From positions 52,046,825-52,110,824 of the forward strand of contig NC_068998.1 of the NCBI RefSeq assembly GCF_001194135.2: a DNA stretch of 64,000 bases. The letters are read 5' to 3'. Positions 51,986 to 64,000 of this stretch are shown here, piece by piece (the stretch's first letter is position 1; every line of letters begins with the position of its first letter). A program made the position numbers and the translations under genes. Source of the stretch: Octopus bimaculoides (taxonomy: Eukaryota). Below the pieces are notes generated by a model, which saw only the letters and a program-made list of their open reading frames with translations, had not been told where the DNA came from and did no database searches.

Positions 51986-51988
<3 letters not shown>
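51530..51988 (-). mobile_element. RTE-clade LINE 3' fragment (pseudogenised)
   Basis: Minus strand reads ILNVKWSSFTPNTDVLASAGITSIKAMILRNQMR*CGHIV*MADEHIPKQLFYGELAEGKR..KPKKRFK..FVCTVCDRPCLSR: the RTE C-terminal R-W-x-GH, PKQLxYGEL and Cys motifs. Confidence 0.9.
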
Positions 51989-52051
<63 letters not shown>

Positions 52052-52581
52052 CACATATATACGTTCATATGTAGATAGATACAGGAAATATAGATTCTTC
52101 TTTCTCTCCATATTCCATGAAAATTGTGATGATAGGTGTTAATTCTGTATTCAAGCTATCAATCTATTTTTTTCTTTTCTATCTACATATAACTCTACCT
52201 CCAATTAACTGTTTTGTCACACCTGCTCCTAAAACTTTTCAGGCGACTAAAAATTAGTGTAAATATGATTTTGTTTCTTGTAATTTAACAACCCTTAATC
52301 ATTTTTAGTTTAGTAAATGTCATTTCTAACAGAGATATTCCTGTTAGTTCTCATATCTCTTTTATAATTATTTTAAACATTTTCAAATTTTTTTTATTTT
52401 TTACGTCGCATAAGTTTTGAGTTGATCTCATCTGGCGAATGATTTTAACAGAGACGTCATTTTGACAAGAAGATAATTACGTCATGGTAGAGTCATTGTA
52501 ATCATTAAAACACACAAGCACTGTTACGTCAACCGTTATTTTGTTAAATCAAACTTTTACTTTGCAATATTATTATCATTA

Positions 52582-52795
52582 AGGTGGCGAACTGGCTGAA
52601 TCAGTAGCATGCCAAACAAAATGCTTAGTGGCATTTCGTCTGTGCTTGTGTTCTGAGTTCAAATCTCACAGAAGTTGACTTTACCTTGCATCTTTTTGGG
52701 GTCAGTAAAATAAGGACCAGTTGAGTACTGGGGTCGATGTAATTGACTAATCCCCCCTCCCACAAATTTCAGGCCTTGTGCCTATAGTAGAAAGG
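52582..52795 (+). mobile_element. SINE family A (further degenerate copies at about 8785-9280, 10690-10860, 34925-35080, 44745-45220, 52825-53140)
   Basis: aggtggcgaactggctgaatcagtagc..gagttcaaatc..gttgactttaccttgcatc. Confidence 0.85.
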
Positions 52796-54481
52796 GTTAT
52801 TATGATTATAATCGTTGTTATTAGTAAGGTGGTGACCCGACAGAATCATTGCTGAATTGGTCAAAATGCTGAGCAGCATTTTTTCCACCGTTTTGACATC
52901 TTGGGTTCAAATTCTGCAGTTGCCAACTTTGTCTCTCATCATTTCAGTGCAAATAAAATAGACTATCATTTGAATAATGGGATCGATGTAATCAATCCCA
53001 GTACTCAAAATTTGAAGGCCTTATTATTGCATAGTAATTCTGCCTTTCATCCTTCTGGGATTAATAAGATCAATACCAGTTAAATACTGAGGTTAATTTT
53101 CTAGCCCACATCACATTAGGTTCCCTCAAAATTTTAGCCTTGTTATGACAATTTAGGCAGCATTATTATTGCAAAAATTCAATATAGCAGTAAGTGCATC
53201 ATTTTTAAAAGTTACATCTATACCATGATGTCATTGTTATGTTACTTTGAAGTTTTTTTATAGTTTTAGTGAATTTGTACTGTGTTTAGGTTTCACTCCA
53301 TTAATAAAATTAGCATTTTACTTCTTCTATTGTGGAAATCAGATATATCCATTCAAAATGTCATTACCTTTAACTGCAGAAAACAGTTCACAATACCAAT
53401 CCTTTGTAGAGACATGTGATGTTTAAAGCTATTTTCTGCTAAGATATATCATGTTTATTGAGGTAACATAACTTGCCAATTGTAGTAGTTCTATTTTTTA
53501 GAGGTATTTAACATTGTTACTGGAATAACACTGAAATCTAATTTCACAGTGAAAGGGTTACGTTACTTATGGTTCCTTTAGTAATCTTGTCCACTTAGAG
53601 AATTTAGTATACTCTTATTATCTTTCTAACACTTATCGTTAACACCTACTGTTAAACTGTTCACTCTTATGCAAGACCTGTGTATCAAGACTTGTTTAGT
53701 CAGTCGTCAGTGAATCCACAACAAGGAAATGAAGATGAGTATCCTTGCTAGAGATGAATGGCTGCTATAACATCTTCAGTACTTATTAAAAAAAGGGAAT
53801 GACAAAATTGAAAACTTGGCCAACTTCTGAGGATTCTTTACATTTGAACAACATTATTGTATGTAAGCAATGAAAACATCTGGCAGTTATTGCAGAGTTN
53901 NNNNNNNNNNNNNNNNNNNNNNNNNNNNNNNNNNNNNNNNNNNNNNNNNNNNNNNNNNNNNNNNNNNNNNNNNNNNNNNNNNNNNNNNNNNNNNNNNNNN
54001 NNNNNNNNNNNNNNNNNNNNNNNNNNNNNNNNNNNNNNNNNNNNNNNNNNNNNNNNNNNNNNNNNNNNNNNNNNNNNNNNNNNNNNNNNNNNNNNNNNNN
54101 NNNNNNNNNNNNNNNNNNNNNNNNNNNNNNNNNNNNNNNNNNNNNNNNNNNNNNNNNNNNNNNNNNNNNNNNNNNNNNNNNNNNNNNNNNNNNNNNNNNN
54201 NNNNNNNNNNNNNNNNNNNNNNNNNNNNNNNNNNNNNNNNNNNNNNNNNNNNNNNNNNNNNNNNNNNNNNNNNNNNNNNNNNNNNNNNNNNNNNNNNNNN
54301 NNNNNNNNNNNNNNNNNNNNNNNNNNNNNNNNNNNNNNNATATATATATATATACACACACACACTACACATTCAGATATTATCATGTCCTTAACACTGA
54401 CAGTTCAGTTGCTGTGATAATATGCAATAACTATTGCTGCACAATCAAACACCTCTATATTGTATTTCCTTTTAGCATCAT

Positions 54482-54710
54482 TTAACCTTTTTGATACCAA
54501 CCTGGCTGAAACCGCTTCTAGCTCTGTAGTACAAATGTCTTGTTTTCAAAAGTTCTGAATTAAAAGCTTCTGCCAAACCTTAGTCACAATTTATGTTCCT
54601 AACACTAGCTGAATGATAACTAAGTTTTTTTTTTACTAAATTCTTTGTTATATTTAGAATTGAGAGAAACACAGAGCATCTCATCAGAAATATGGTACCA
54701 AAAGGGTTAA
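54482..54710. mobile_element. TTAA-flanked MITE (piggyBac-type termini)
   Basis: TTAA-CCTTTTTGATACCA...TGGTACCAAAAGGG-TTAA; a related inverted copy is at about 13378-13606. Confidence 0.7.
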
Positions 54711-55391
54711 ACCATTAATGACTTAACTCTCTGCGATGAAACTGGTTTTGAAAATAAATTTGCCATTGAAAAGAAAAAAATCTGCTGATATTTTTTTAAT
54801 ATAATATTCTTCATTCACTTTATCATGTTTTTTTGTTCGGTTTGGGTTTTTCTGGTGTTACCAATTATATTTATAATGATATTTTCAACTACATAATTTA
54901 ATTTTGACTAATTATATTTTGCTTTATTCTTTTTATCATTTTCATTTTTTTTAATTTTTTTTCTTTTGAAATTTAAATTTTATTTTATTCCTTTTTTTTT
55001 TGCTTGTTTGTTTTTTAAATTTATCAGGAGAAAATGTCTTTTTTGACTTAGGATTTTCATTGATTCAATTTTGATTTTGATTTTTCTTGTTTTTGGTCTG
55101 TATTATAAACACTCCCTTTGATATAATTAAAATTTAGTGATCAAGCTAGTTAAGCAACCTCGCATTTCTTGTTCCCTCCTACCATCCCTACTCTAGAACA
55201 ATTCTTGTTGCCTTACTTTTTGTCATTAGATTTCTTATATGATTTTATCTTAATCATATTGAAGAGTATAACTTTAAAAAAAAGTTACATTATTGAAAAT
55301 AGAAAACACACACAGCATTTTGAAACAAAAAAAAAACATATTTCCAATTTGAAATTGTCTATGATATATATATACATATATATACATACAT

Positions 55392-55436
<45 letters not shown>

Positions 55437-55710
55437 TATATACACATGCACACATGTGTTTGTGTGTATATGTGCATGTACATANNNNNNNNNNNNNNNN
55501 NNNNNNNNNNNNNNNNNNNNNNNNNNNNNNNNNNNNNNNNNNNNNNNNNNNNNNNNNNNNNNNNNNNNNNNNNNNNNNNNNNNNNNNNNNNNNNNNNNNN
55601 NNNNNNNNNNNNNNNNNNNNNNNNNNNNNNNNNNNNNNNNNNNNNNNNNNNNNNNNNNNNNNNNNNNNNNNNNNNNNNNNNATGTAATTATATATAAATA
55701 CGCATATGTA

Positions 55711-55747
<37 letters not shown>

Positions 55748-56194
55748 TGATAGCTTCAGACTAGCTTCTTTATTTCTCCAAGAATAACAAAAGCCAAACC
55801 AAAGTGAAGAAAAAGATCAATGTAAAGTTTAATGAGGAATCAAAGAAACAAAAACACTGAAAGCACTCATAACCTTTCTTCACGTCACATTCATAACTGC
55901 TTAAATTAAAAGAACTTTCTAAGCTCTGTGCCTTTTTTCTTTTCTTCTTTGCCATCGTTTGTTCTTCCTTAATCTCCATTTCTCTTAGCACATTTTTTCC
56001 GGTATTCTGTCACCTTTGACGATGTTATCTCAATTGGTGTTGCAAATATGAGGTACGAATAACCTACACCTAATTTATATTACATTCACAATGAAACCAT
56101 GTAAAGAGCAAACTGCAGAGTTGAGCTTTGTACAGTTTGCATGTGTATACATATATGTATATGTTGTTAGCTTTCATAAGCTGAGTATCATTAC

Positions 56195-56249
<55 letters not shown>

Positions 56250-56727
56250 GTTGTTGTTGTTGTTATTATCATTATTATTATCATTGTTATCATTATTATT
56301 ATGAACCCCTAGTGGTTAATGAAGAAAATATTATTACTATTATATTTACATACAGCCATAAATATGTGTGTGTGTGTGCATGTGATTATGTAAAATTATA
56401 ATTAAAATTGCATAAATATTATATANNNNNNNNNNNNNNNNNNNNNNNNNNNNNNNNNNNNNNNNNNNNNNNNNNNNNNNNNNNNNNNNNNNNNNNNNNN
56501 NNNNNNNNNNNNNNNNNNNNNNNNNNNNNNNNNNNNNNNNNNNNNNNNNNNNNNNNNNNNNNNNNNNNNNNNNNNNNNNNNNNNNNNNNNNNNNNNNNNN
56601 NNTTATGTTTAAATTTGCATATGTATGTGTATGTGTATGTAAATATATTTTTATGAATTTACATACATATATATCTGTATGTATATGCATGTGTATTTTT
56701 ATTTATGTGTTTGTTTGTGTAAATTGG

Positions 56728-56769
<42 letters not shown>

Positions 56770-57977
56770 TTATTATTAAAGTGGCTATTCACAATTTAAA
56801 ACCAAAAAGCACAAGTGCAGCCGTCACTAAAGTGGCTAAGTGTTGTTTTGACTCTTATTTCTAGCAATGCTGGTGCTCACTTGCACCCTTAGTCACTTCA
56901 GTGAAAATTGTGTGTGCGAGTGTGTATGTATATATATATACACATATTATACGTACATGTATATGTGAATAGAGTGATATGCATGCAGCAAGTGATAAGA
57001 TTTGAGGATGTTATGTTGAGAGATCACACTGAAGCAAGTTCATATTGTGGAGGAGACGTTTTAGCCATCTAAGTAGACAAAAACTTCACAAAGTTATTTT
57101 GTTAATAACATTGTCTTCTGTGAATTGTCAAACTTATCTCATCTCTTTGTGACCCAATCATTGATTGATGCCATTCCAGAGCATCAACTGAATGGCACAG
57201 AAGTGTGACAAAACAAGTTCCACAATTTCATAGTTGCTTGCTATAATGAAATAACGAGATTTTTCTCTTGTTAAATAGCTAAAATGATGCTACAATGAGG
57301 TAAATGTATTTGTGTGCATATGGCATGTGTGTGTATATAAATATACATATATATATGTATATATAGGTATGCTTTCATAAGCAATACTCTGTTATTCAGA
57401 ATTTATTTTTTCTTTTAAGTGTTAAATTCTTTGGCTGGAATTGAACTATGCACTTCCTGTGATCTGCACAAGCATGCTGAACTTCATTTTGTCATCACCA
57501 CCCCCACCAGAATAGCCCTAATTAAATCTACAGGAAATGCATCAATTCCTCTGAGAATTTTATCATAATTTTTTTTTTTTTTAAGCATTAAACCTCTGGT
57601 CAACACTGATTGACAGACTTGTGAACCATAGGTGTTCCAAACATGACCATCCTCTCATTTACTATATCCATGACTACGTTATACCCTGTCATTCAACTTT
57701 TTTCTTTTTTTCTTTTTAAGATGTTAGTGTGTGATCTGTGGAGATTTACTGCTATTTAAGGCAGGTCAAGTGATCACATAGAGGCTCTCTGGAAAGTGCT
57801 GCTATAGCAGAATTATTAGATCTTCAATGAATGCCCTATGACATATGTTTCAAAGCTCCAACAGGATCACTTTTTGTAAGACTGGATTTGATAAACAAAA
57901 TACCAGTAATGTGCTGGTGGTTGATTCAACTCACTATGCCTCTTGTCTTCAAATAAATGTTCATGTAACTAATTGTG

Positions 57978-58160
57978 CCCTTTAGCACTCAGATTACACT
58001 GTCAAATATAATACTTATTTATTCACATGCTTTGAATTAATCATGCATTATCTTGTAGCTTTAAGACTTCAATGGTATGAGAGGCTGGATCTGGCCAGTT
58101 TGAACATAAAGCAGGAAGAATATCTGGGCTGGATATGGCCAGTTTGAATGCTAAAGGGTT
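57978..58160. mobile_element. MITE with CCCTTTAGCA..TGCTAAAGGG termini (piggyBac-type)
   Basis: Terminal inverted repeats; related pieces at about 7300-7710, 28820-29040, 42480-42610 and 44550. Confidence 0.65.
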
Positions 58161-59150
58161 AGAAAAATAATGTGGTTTTCTGTTTTTTTTTTTTTTGGTC
58201 TTTTTTCTACTTCAGCAGTATTGTTTGGAAATGTATACTCTCACACATATACACACATAACATAACACATACATACAGATTATTTATATGCATAACATAT
58301 ATATATGCTAATAGCCCATATTCTTATGTAATATAAACTGCATTTGATATATATATATATGTATGTATATCAGATACATAATATTACACATAATGTTCTA
58401 CTGCATGTTATGTATGTGTCCAGTCATTGCTGTTTGTTGACAAACTGAAAATATTGGTACAAATATTGAGTGTTTGATTTTGAACTTTTAACACTTGAGA
58501 TGCTAGTTTTGGAGGCATTTCAAATTATTATTATGCATGTATCTGCCAGAATGTTGCAACAAAAAGTATTTTAAGAAATTTATTTTGAAAAGCAAAAAAA
58601 ATCTCTGAAGAAAACAACAATCCCTTAAAAAAGCAAACCTACCTTAACCTTTTTTTTTTAAATTTCATCATATTTTTTTTTTCGTATTTTCCTTTTATAA
58701 AAGAAATTCGTTCGTTTAACATTTTTTTAATTTTATTTTTATTTAATCAATGAATTGTGTAAAGAATAATGAGAAAAAAAGATATATTTTAAACTAAACG
58801 TAAAAAATGAAAGATTTTGTAAATTTTGCTTTTTCTTCCTTGATCAATCACTTATATTCTTGTGAACCATGTCTCATTAATTAATTAATTAATTAATTAT
58901 AATGGTGTGTTTTTTTTTCTTAACAACAGGTCTGAATTTCCTATTTCTTTAAGTCATTTTTTAAAACCAAACTCACACAGGTTATCCTTTCTCCTCACTC
59001 CAAGATCTGACTAATCACTTTCAGTATAAAAGCGAAAATTTTTTTAAAAAAGAAAATTCATTTCCTATGCTGCATATTTATTTATTTCACTTAACATATA
59101 CATCATTCATATCTTACACATTTGTGCACACATCCATGTATATGCGTGCA

Positions 59151-59188
<38 letters not shown>

Positions 59189-59667
59189 CATACACACACA
59201 CACACTCTCTCACATATATATATAGGCACATGCACACACATATATATAGATATGTATATACATAAGCATGCTTTAATTCCCATAGTAGATTTGTGTGATG
59301 AGAATATTTTTTTTTTGTTATAGACTGCATTTGTATGTATGTATGTAGATATAGATAGTCATTGGCTGTCACTGTGTTCAGAGAATGAGATTGGTTGTGT
59401 GCAATGCCTCTCCCCACTTCAAAAAGCATCATGGACAGGCATCACTTGATGTGCTGGCATCATCATCTGATGCTTAAGGAATTGGCCAGGACATGTAATA
59501 TAACACCACTCTGTAGATACAACACACAACCAATGAAATAACTCGGGTAGCAGACCACCCCCAAGCATTGATACTGAGTCGTGTTAGTTTCATGGAAAGG
59601 ATAGATGAGGAGAGAGAAAAAATAGAAAAGAACAAGTGTGTCTCAATTAGAAGATAACTGCACGCTT

Positions 59668-59668
<1 letters not shown>

Positions 59669-59712
<44 letters not shown>

Positions 59713-59714
59713 GT

Positions 59715-59757
<43 letters not shown>
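59669..59757. repeat. Compound (AC)n + (GATA)n microsatellite; other tracts: (ATT)n 16072-16110 and 56191-56250, (CT)n 35320-35365, (TG)n 50644-50690
   Basis: Direct reading. Confidence 0.95.
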
Positions 59758-59971
59758 TCTGATGAGGTGGATGTGTATTACATGTCCATGAACTTTTCAT
59801 ATGGAGCTGAGTCAAACTGTTATTAGAAAATATATGTAACTGCTACCGAATGTGTTTGAATGTGACTTTCTTTCATTTGTCCACTCGTTCATGTGTGTGT
59901 GTATATGTATATATTTATATCAAAATCTGTTGGTTTGCTTTTATGTGTATCTATTTGTATGCATGTGCATG

Positions 59972-60625
59972 TATTATCATTGTTATTTTGCATCCATTTT
60001 TTCCAAGTTAACATGGGTTGAACAGGTCTTTTCCAGCACAGCATCTCTCCCCTTCTTGTGGTACTTTGCCATCTCCTTCATGAGATCCAGCATCCTGAGA
60101 TCAAATCTCACCACTTCTGTCCATGCCTTCCTTGGTCTTTCCCTTCCACAGGTTTCTTTCACTTTAATCACTTGCCAATTCTTTCCGCTACTCCATACAC
60201 ATCACATGTCCACACAAGCTCAATGACCTTTCTACTACACTGCATCTAATTCCTTTTATACCTCTTTCTTTTTTTCCTTCTCTCAGCTCATTTGTGTGCC
60301 ATCATTCAGGTCCATCAGCACTACACATCTACCAGAACATGCTTGCCTCACTTCTTTCCAGCCTTCATACACCCTCTACTTTCAATGCTCATGTTTCATA
60401 ACTATGCAACATCACATTTTATATACAATCATCATACAATTTGCCCTTAACTCTGAGAGAAAATCATTCAGTTGCCATCAAAGATAATAGCTCTCTCTCA
60501 AATGTTTCTGCTCCATGCTTACATTGGCTCTTATATGTTCTGAAAATCCTCAGCTACTGTTAACTCACCTTGGTAAAACAAGGCATCAAATACTTCTTAA
60601 ACCCCCTCCACACATTTAAAAGACT
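59972..60625 (-). mobile_element. RTE-clade LINE 3' fragment (second lineage)
   Basis: Minus strand reads SLRVKGKLYD..MLHSYET*A..RLERSEASM..GIRCSVVER..CGHVM..TCGRERPRKAWTEVVRFDLRML..AVLEKT, i.e. degenerate GSETW, RWYGHV and GRPRKTW motifs. Confidence 0.88.
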
Positions 60626-61060
60626 TAAATTTTGGTGGTGCTCTGTCTTCTATTATTAGATATCTACTTCACATGATTCCCTGCTTCTCTTGGGCTGATA
60701 ATTGGAAACTGAGAGTTTGTATCTGCTACACATTATGGCATTTTTACATACATTTTTTTGTCTATGGACTCAGTGCAACCCTTTTCCAGAGATCTATCGT
60801 TTTCCTGCAAATTAGAACTTTTAGGGTTGCTTGGTTTATATGCAGACCATGTTGAGTCCACATTAGAAATATTTCCAATAATTCTCAAAGAGATCGGTAT
60901 ACATATTGTGAATGCGTGCATGTTTGTATGTTTCTTTACATCTTGCGTGGCGCCTTTGAAGCTGAATGGAAGGAGAGATCCCTTGCTTAGAATGGCTCAT
61001 CCCATGGACCACAAATTAAATTTGTTCTGTGGAGGAATGTAGTGGCGGACAGAAAACAAG

Positions 61061-61091
<31 letters not shown>

Positions 61092-61897
61092 CACACACAC
61101 ACACACACACACATAAAAAACATGTATTGATTTTGCACATAGTTATATATGACGATTGTCAAGTATTAAATGAATAATCTCTGCAAAGCTTTCAGCTCTG
61201 TAACACATTTTATTTTGTTTCTGTTGGGAAAAGGTTAACCTTCATTGGGCTGTAAATTATTATGGGCTTTTTTTTTATTTTATTTTTTTTAAGTTTTAGA
61301 TTAAAATTTTTGAGGTTCACCATATAAGAGGAGCAATGTTGCTGTAAAGTCACTGTGATGCAATTGTGAATTTTTGTGGTGTGTGAGCAAATATATTTAT
61401 GGATATTCTATAAAGAAATATTTATAAAATGTTTGTTTATATCCATCAAGCATACATTATTACACCAAACATTCTTTGCAACTACATGGCTTTTCCCACA
61501 GACTGAAATCCAAAAATTATATACAAGACTTGTGGTAAGACCAAAGTAATCTACTGTCCTATGAAGGCTGTATAGTCAAAACATTGAAGTAACTGTCAAC
61601 ATTTTTTCCACAGAAATAATGAACACATGCATATAATTATACGTATACATTTATATAATTTACCTATCTCTTTATCTATTTATATATATATATCTGTGCA
61701 TTTGTGTTTATGTGCTGGTATATCTGTGTGTGTGTGTGCATGTGTTTGTATTTATACATATATATTATATAAATACTTATGTATATATATGCATATGCTT
61801 GCATGTGTTGGTATATTGATATCTATATGTATATATACACATATATACATAATTATATATGACCTTGTGTGTATACATATGTGTGTGAATGTATGAG

Positions 61898-61938
<41 letters not shown>

Positions 61939-64000
61939 ACTATGTGTGTAAATATATTTTAATCTGTGAACAAGTTGGTATGTAATTACTGAAGAATTTA
62001 TTTTTATTATAAAATTTATGAAATGCAACCAAACAATTTTGTAAATAAAACTTTGATTTTAGGAATTTATTTTTCAGAAATAATATTCTTGGAATTTCTT
62101 CAATTTGTGTCTTCTCACAATCTACTTCTTTACAATACTGGATCTGTTAGAGAGAAGGAAATATTGCTTTGGTTATTTACAGGAAATTCTTCATGAGATT
62201 TTCATGTTGTTTAGTCCCATGTGAACCCTGGGTGAAGAACACTTTGATCAAATGCTTTCTAGACATGATCATACTCCCTTTTTAGGGATTTGCAGGAATA
62301 CATTATATAATATGTTTCTTATGACCTGGTATGTGATTTGAGTTGATATTTGGCTGCTATTTCTAGCAATTTGAATGACTGCATAGATGTATTTTTTTCA
62401 TTTGCTTGAGTGGTTCCAATTTCGGTTCCTCTTCATTCTTTTATATGTACACTTTACACATATAGATTATCTTAAAGACACAATCCAGAAAAATTTATGT
62501 GGGCAAGCATTAAAGCCAACTTTAAAGAGCTTGAAGACAATTTCCGCAACCCATCTGGTTTTACAGTTTGGGGCAATACTTCTAGTTTGCCAAAACCTTA
62601 TTTCTTTTAAAATTTTCTACTTTAGGAAATACAAACTTTTGGCATTGACCTATATAGGTCAACATTTATAAATGCTTTGCTACCATGTTCACCTTGAAAG
62701 AAGGGCCCAAGGATATTTTTTTGCCATTATCTGCACCAAACAGCGGCTTCACAAAGAGAATGCATTGTGTTGTTAACAAATGAATTTTTTTTTTACATTT
62801 TCTTGCACCCTAATTTAAATGTTTGTTTGCATATCACAATAGCTATTTCACCAGAAATTGAATTCATTCATCACAGTATTTTTTCTTTTCCTTTTTTTTT
62901 CTTCAAGAAAATCAAATTTGGCCCCCACACATGATTTTTCTCCAAACTGCAATTTAGCTGAAAAATCATGAATGTTACACTGGATTTAAAATTGAAAGAA
63001 GAAAAAAAGGCAAAAAAAAAAGAAATCATGCACCATTTGTTTCTCGTTATAACAAACAATTACAAAACTTTTATAAATATTAACAATGATGATCTTGCTA
63101 TTTAGCAAATGAGTTGCAATGTTTTTTGGGTTTTTTTCAATATTACTGGATATTCATTAATTCACTGTGTAACACAGGATACATGTTTTCTTCAATGTAT
63201 ATTTTTCTCCTTTTTTTTTTTGGTCTTCCATCGTGGCTCAATAATAATAATAATCACTCAGATTCTGAACTATATATATATATATTTTTTTTTTTTTAAT
63301 ATCAAAATACTTGAGAAAATTTTCACTATGTATAGATTACTTATGAAAGTAATCAATTTTCACAACAGTTCATCTGTGATGGTCAGTGGTAAATGTATTT
63401 ATAATAATAATAATATAACAAACACCCTGTGCTCCTTCATTGTAGGTTAAAAATTATTTAAAGTCAAAATCTCATATATAAAACAAAAAGGGAATCATTC
63501 AATGACTGCTGAGACATCCATAGTTTTATAATAATGTGTGTGTGTGTATGTAAATATATATATATGTGTGTGTTATACGTTTGTGTGTGTGTGGATATAT
63601 TTATATATGTGTATATATTTGTATGTATATGTACACACACACACATATATACTTATATGGGGAACCACTTTTCTGTAAGACGTGTAGGGAAAACATGATT
63701 ATGTCCTATTTTGATTTTTTTCCTTTATATTTTCATGTAAGACACTTGCAGCTCATTTCGAACTATAAAGTCCCTAAAAACATCATTTCCAGACATTCTT
63801 GGCCTCATCTTCACAATATGAAATATTGTACTATTGCTGATGTGTAACAACATGTACAGCACAAAACACAATTTGCATAACCAAAAAAAAAAGAAAAACA
63901 TTATCCTTAAGTTATCTCTTGGGGGCCATGTTTGCAGCATCCATTCTGTCTAGATCAGTGGCTCACATCCTTTTTAATAACAAGGATAGATCCAAAACCT

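Noticed and set aside
35223-64000. Extent of the DGK 3' UTR and any second gene
   Set aside because: AATAAA occurs many times in this AT-rich DNA and no convincing exon chain was found; cannot be placed without transcript data.

Overview
AT-rich, microsatellite-dense animal genomic DNA with ten N-gaps. The repeat content looks like an octopus (coleoid cephalopod) genome; this is an inference. One protein-coding gene is well supported: the 3' part of a type IV diacylglycerol kinase (DGK-zeta/iota, Drosophila rdgA-like) on the + strand. Twelve GT-AG exons from 2426 to 35222 splice in frame with no internal stop (1170 nt = 389 aa + TAG). They encode the end of the catalytic accessory domain, a linker, ankyrin repeats and a C-terminal PDZ-binding motif (EDQETAV*). 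The 5' exons lie upstream of the window. The rest is intron or downstream sequence filled with two tRNA-derived SINE families, an RTE-tailed SINE-like family, two RTE LINE fragments, a Penelope-like fragment, two mariner remnants, TTAA-type MITEs and an ~790 bp foldback. The most notable observation is four minimal type-I hammerhead-ribozyme-like motifs from three unrelated repeat families (18051, 21372, 31972 on +; 47345-47444 on -). One sits in a tRNA-headed, TSD-flanked retroposon and one lies next to the Penelope fragment. All are degenerate to some degree and no activity can be claimed from sequence. No rRNA, bona fide tRNA or CRISPR array was seen. Repeat boundaries are approximate; exon boundaries were counted by hand.
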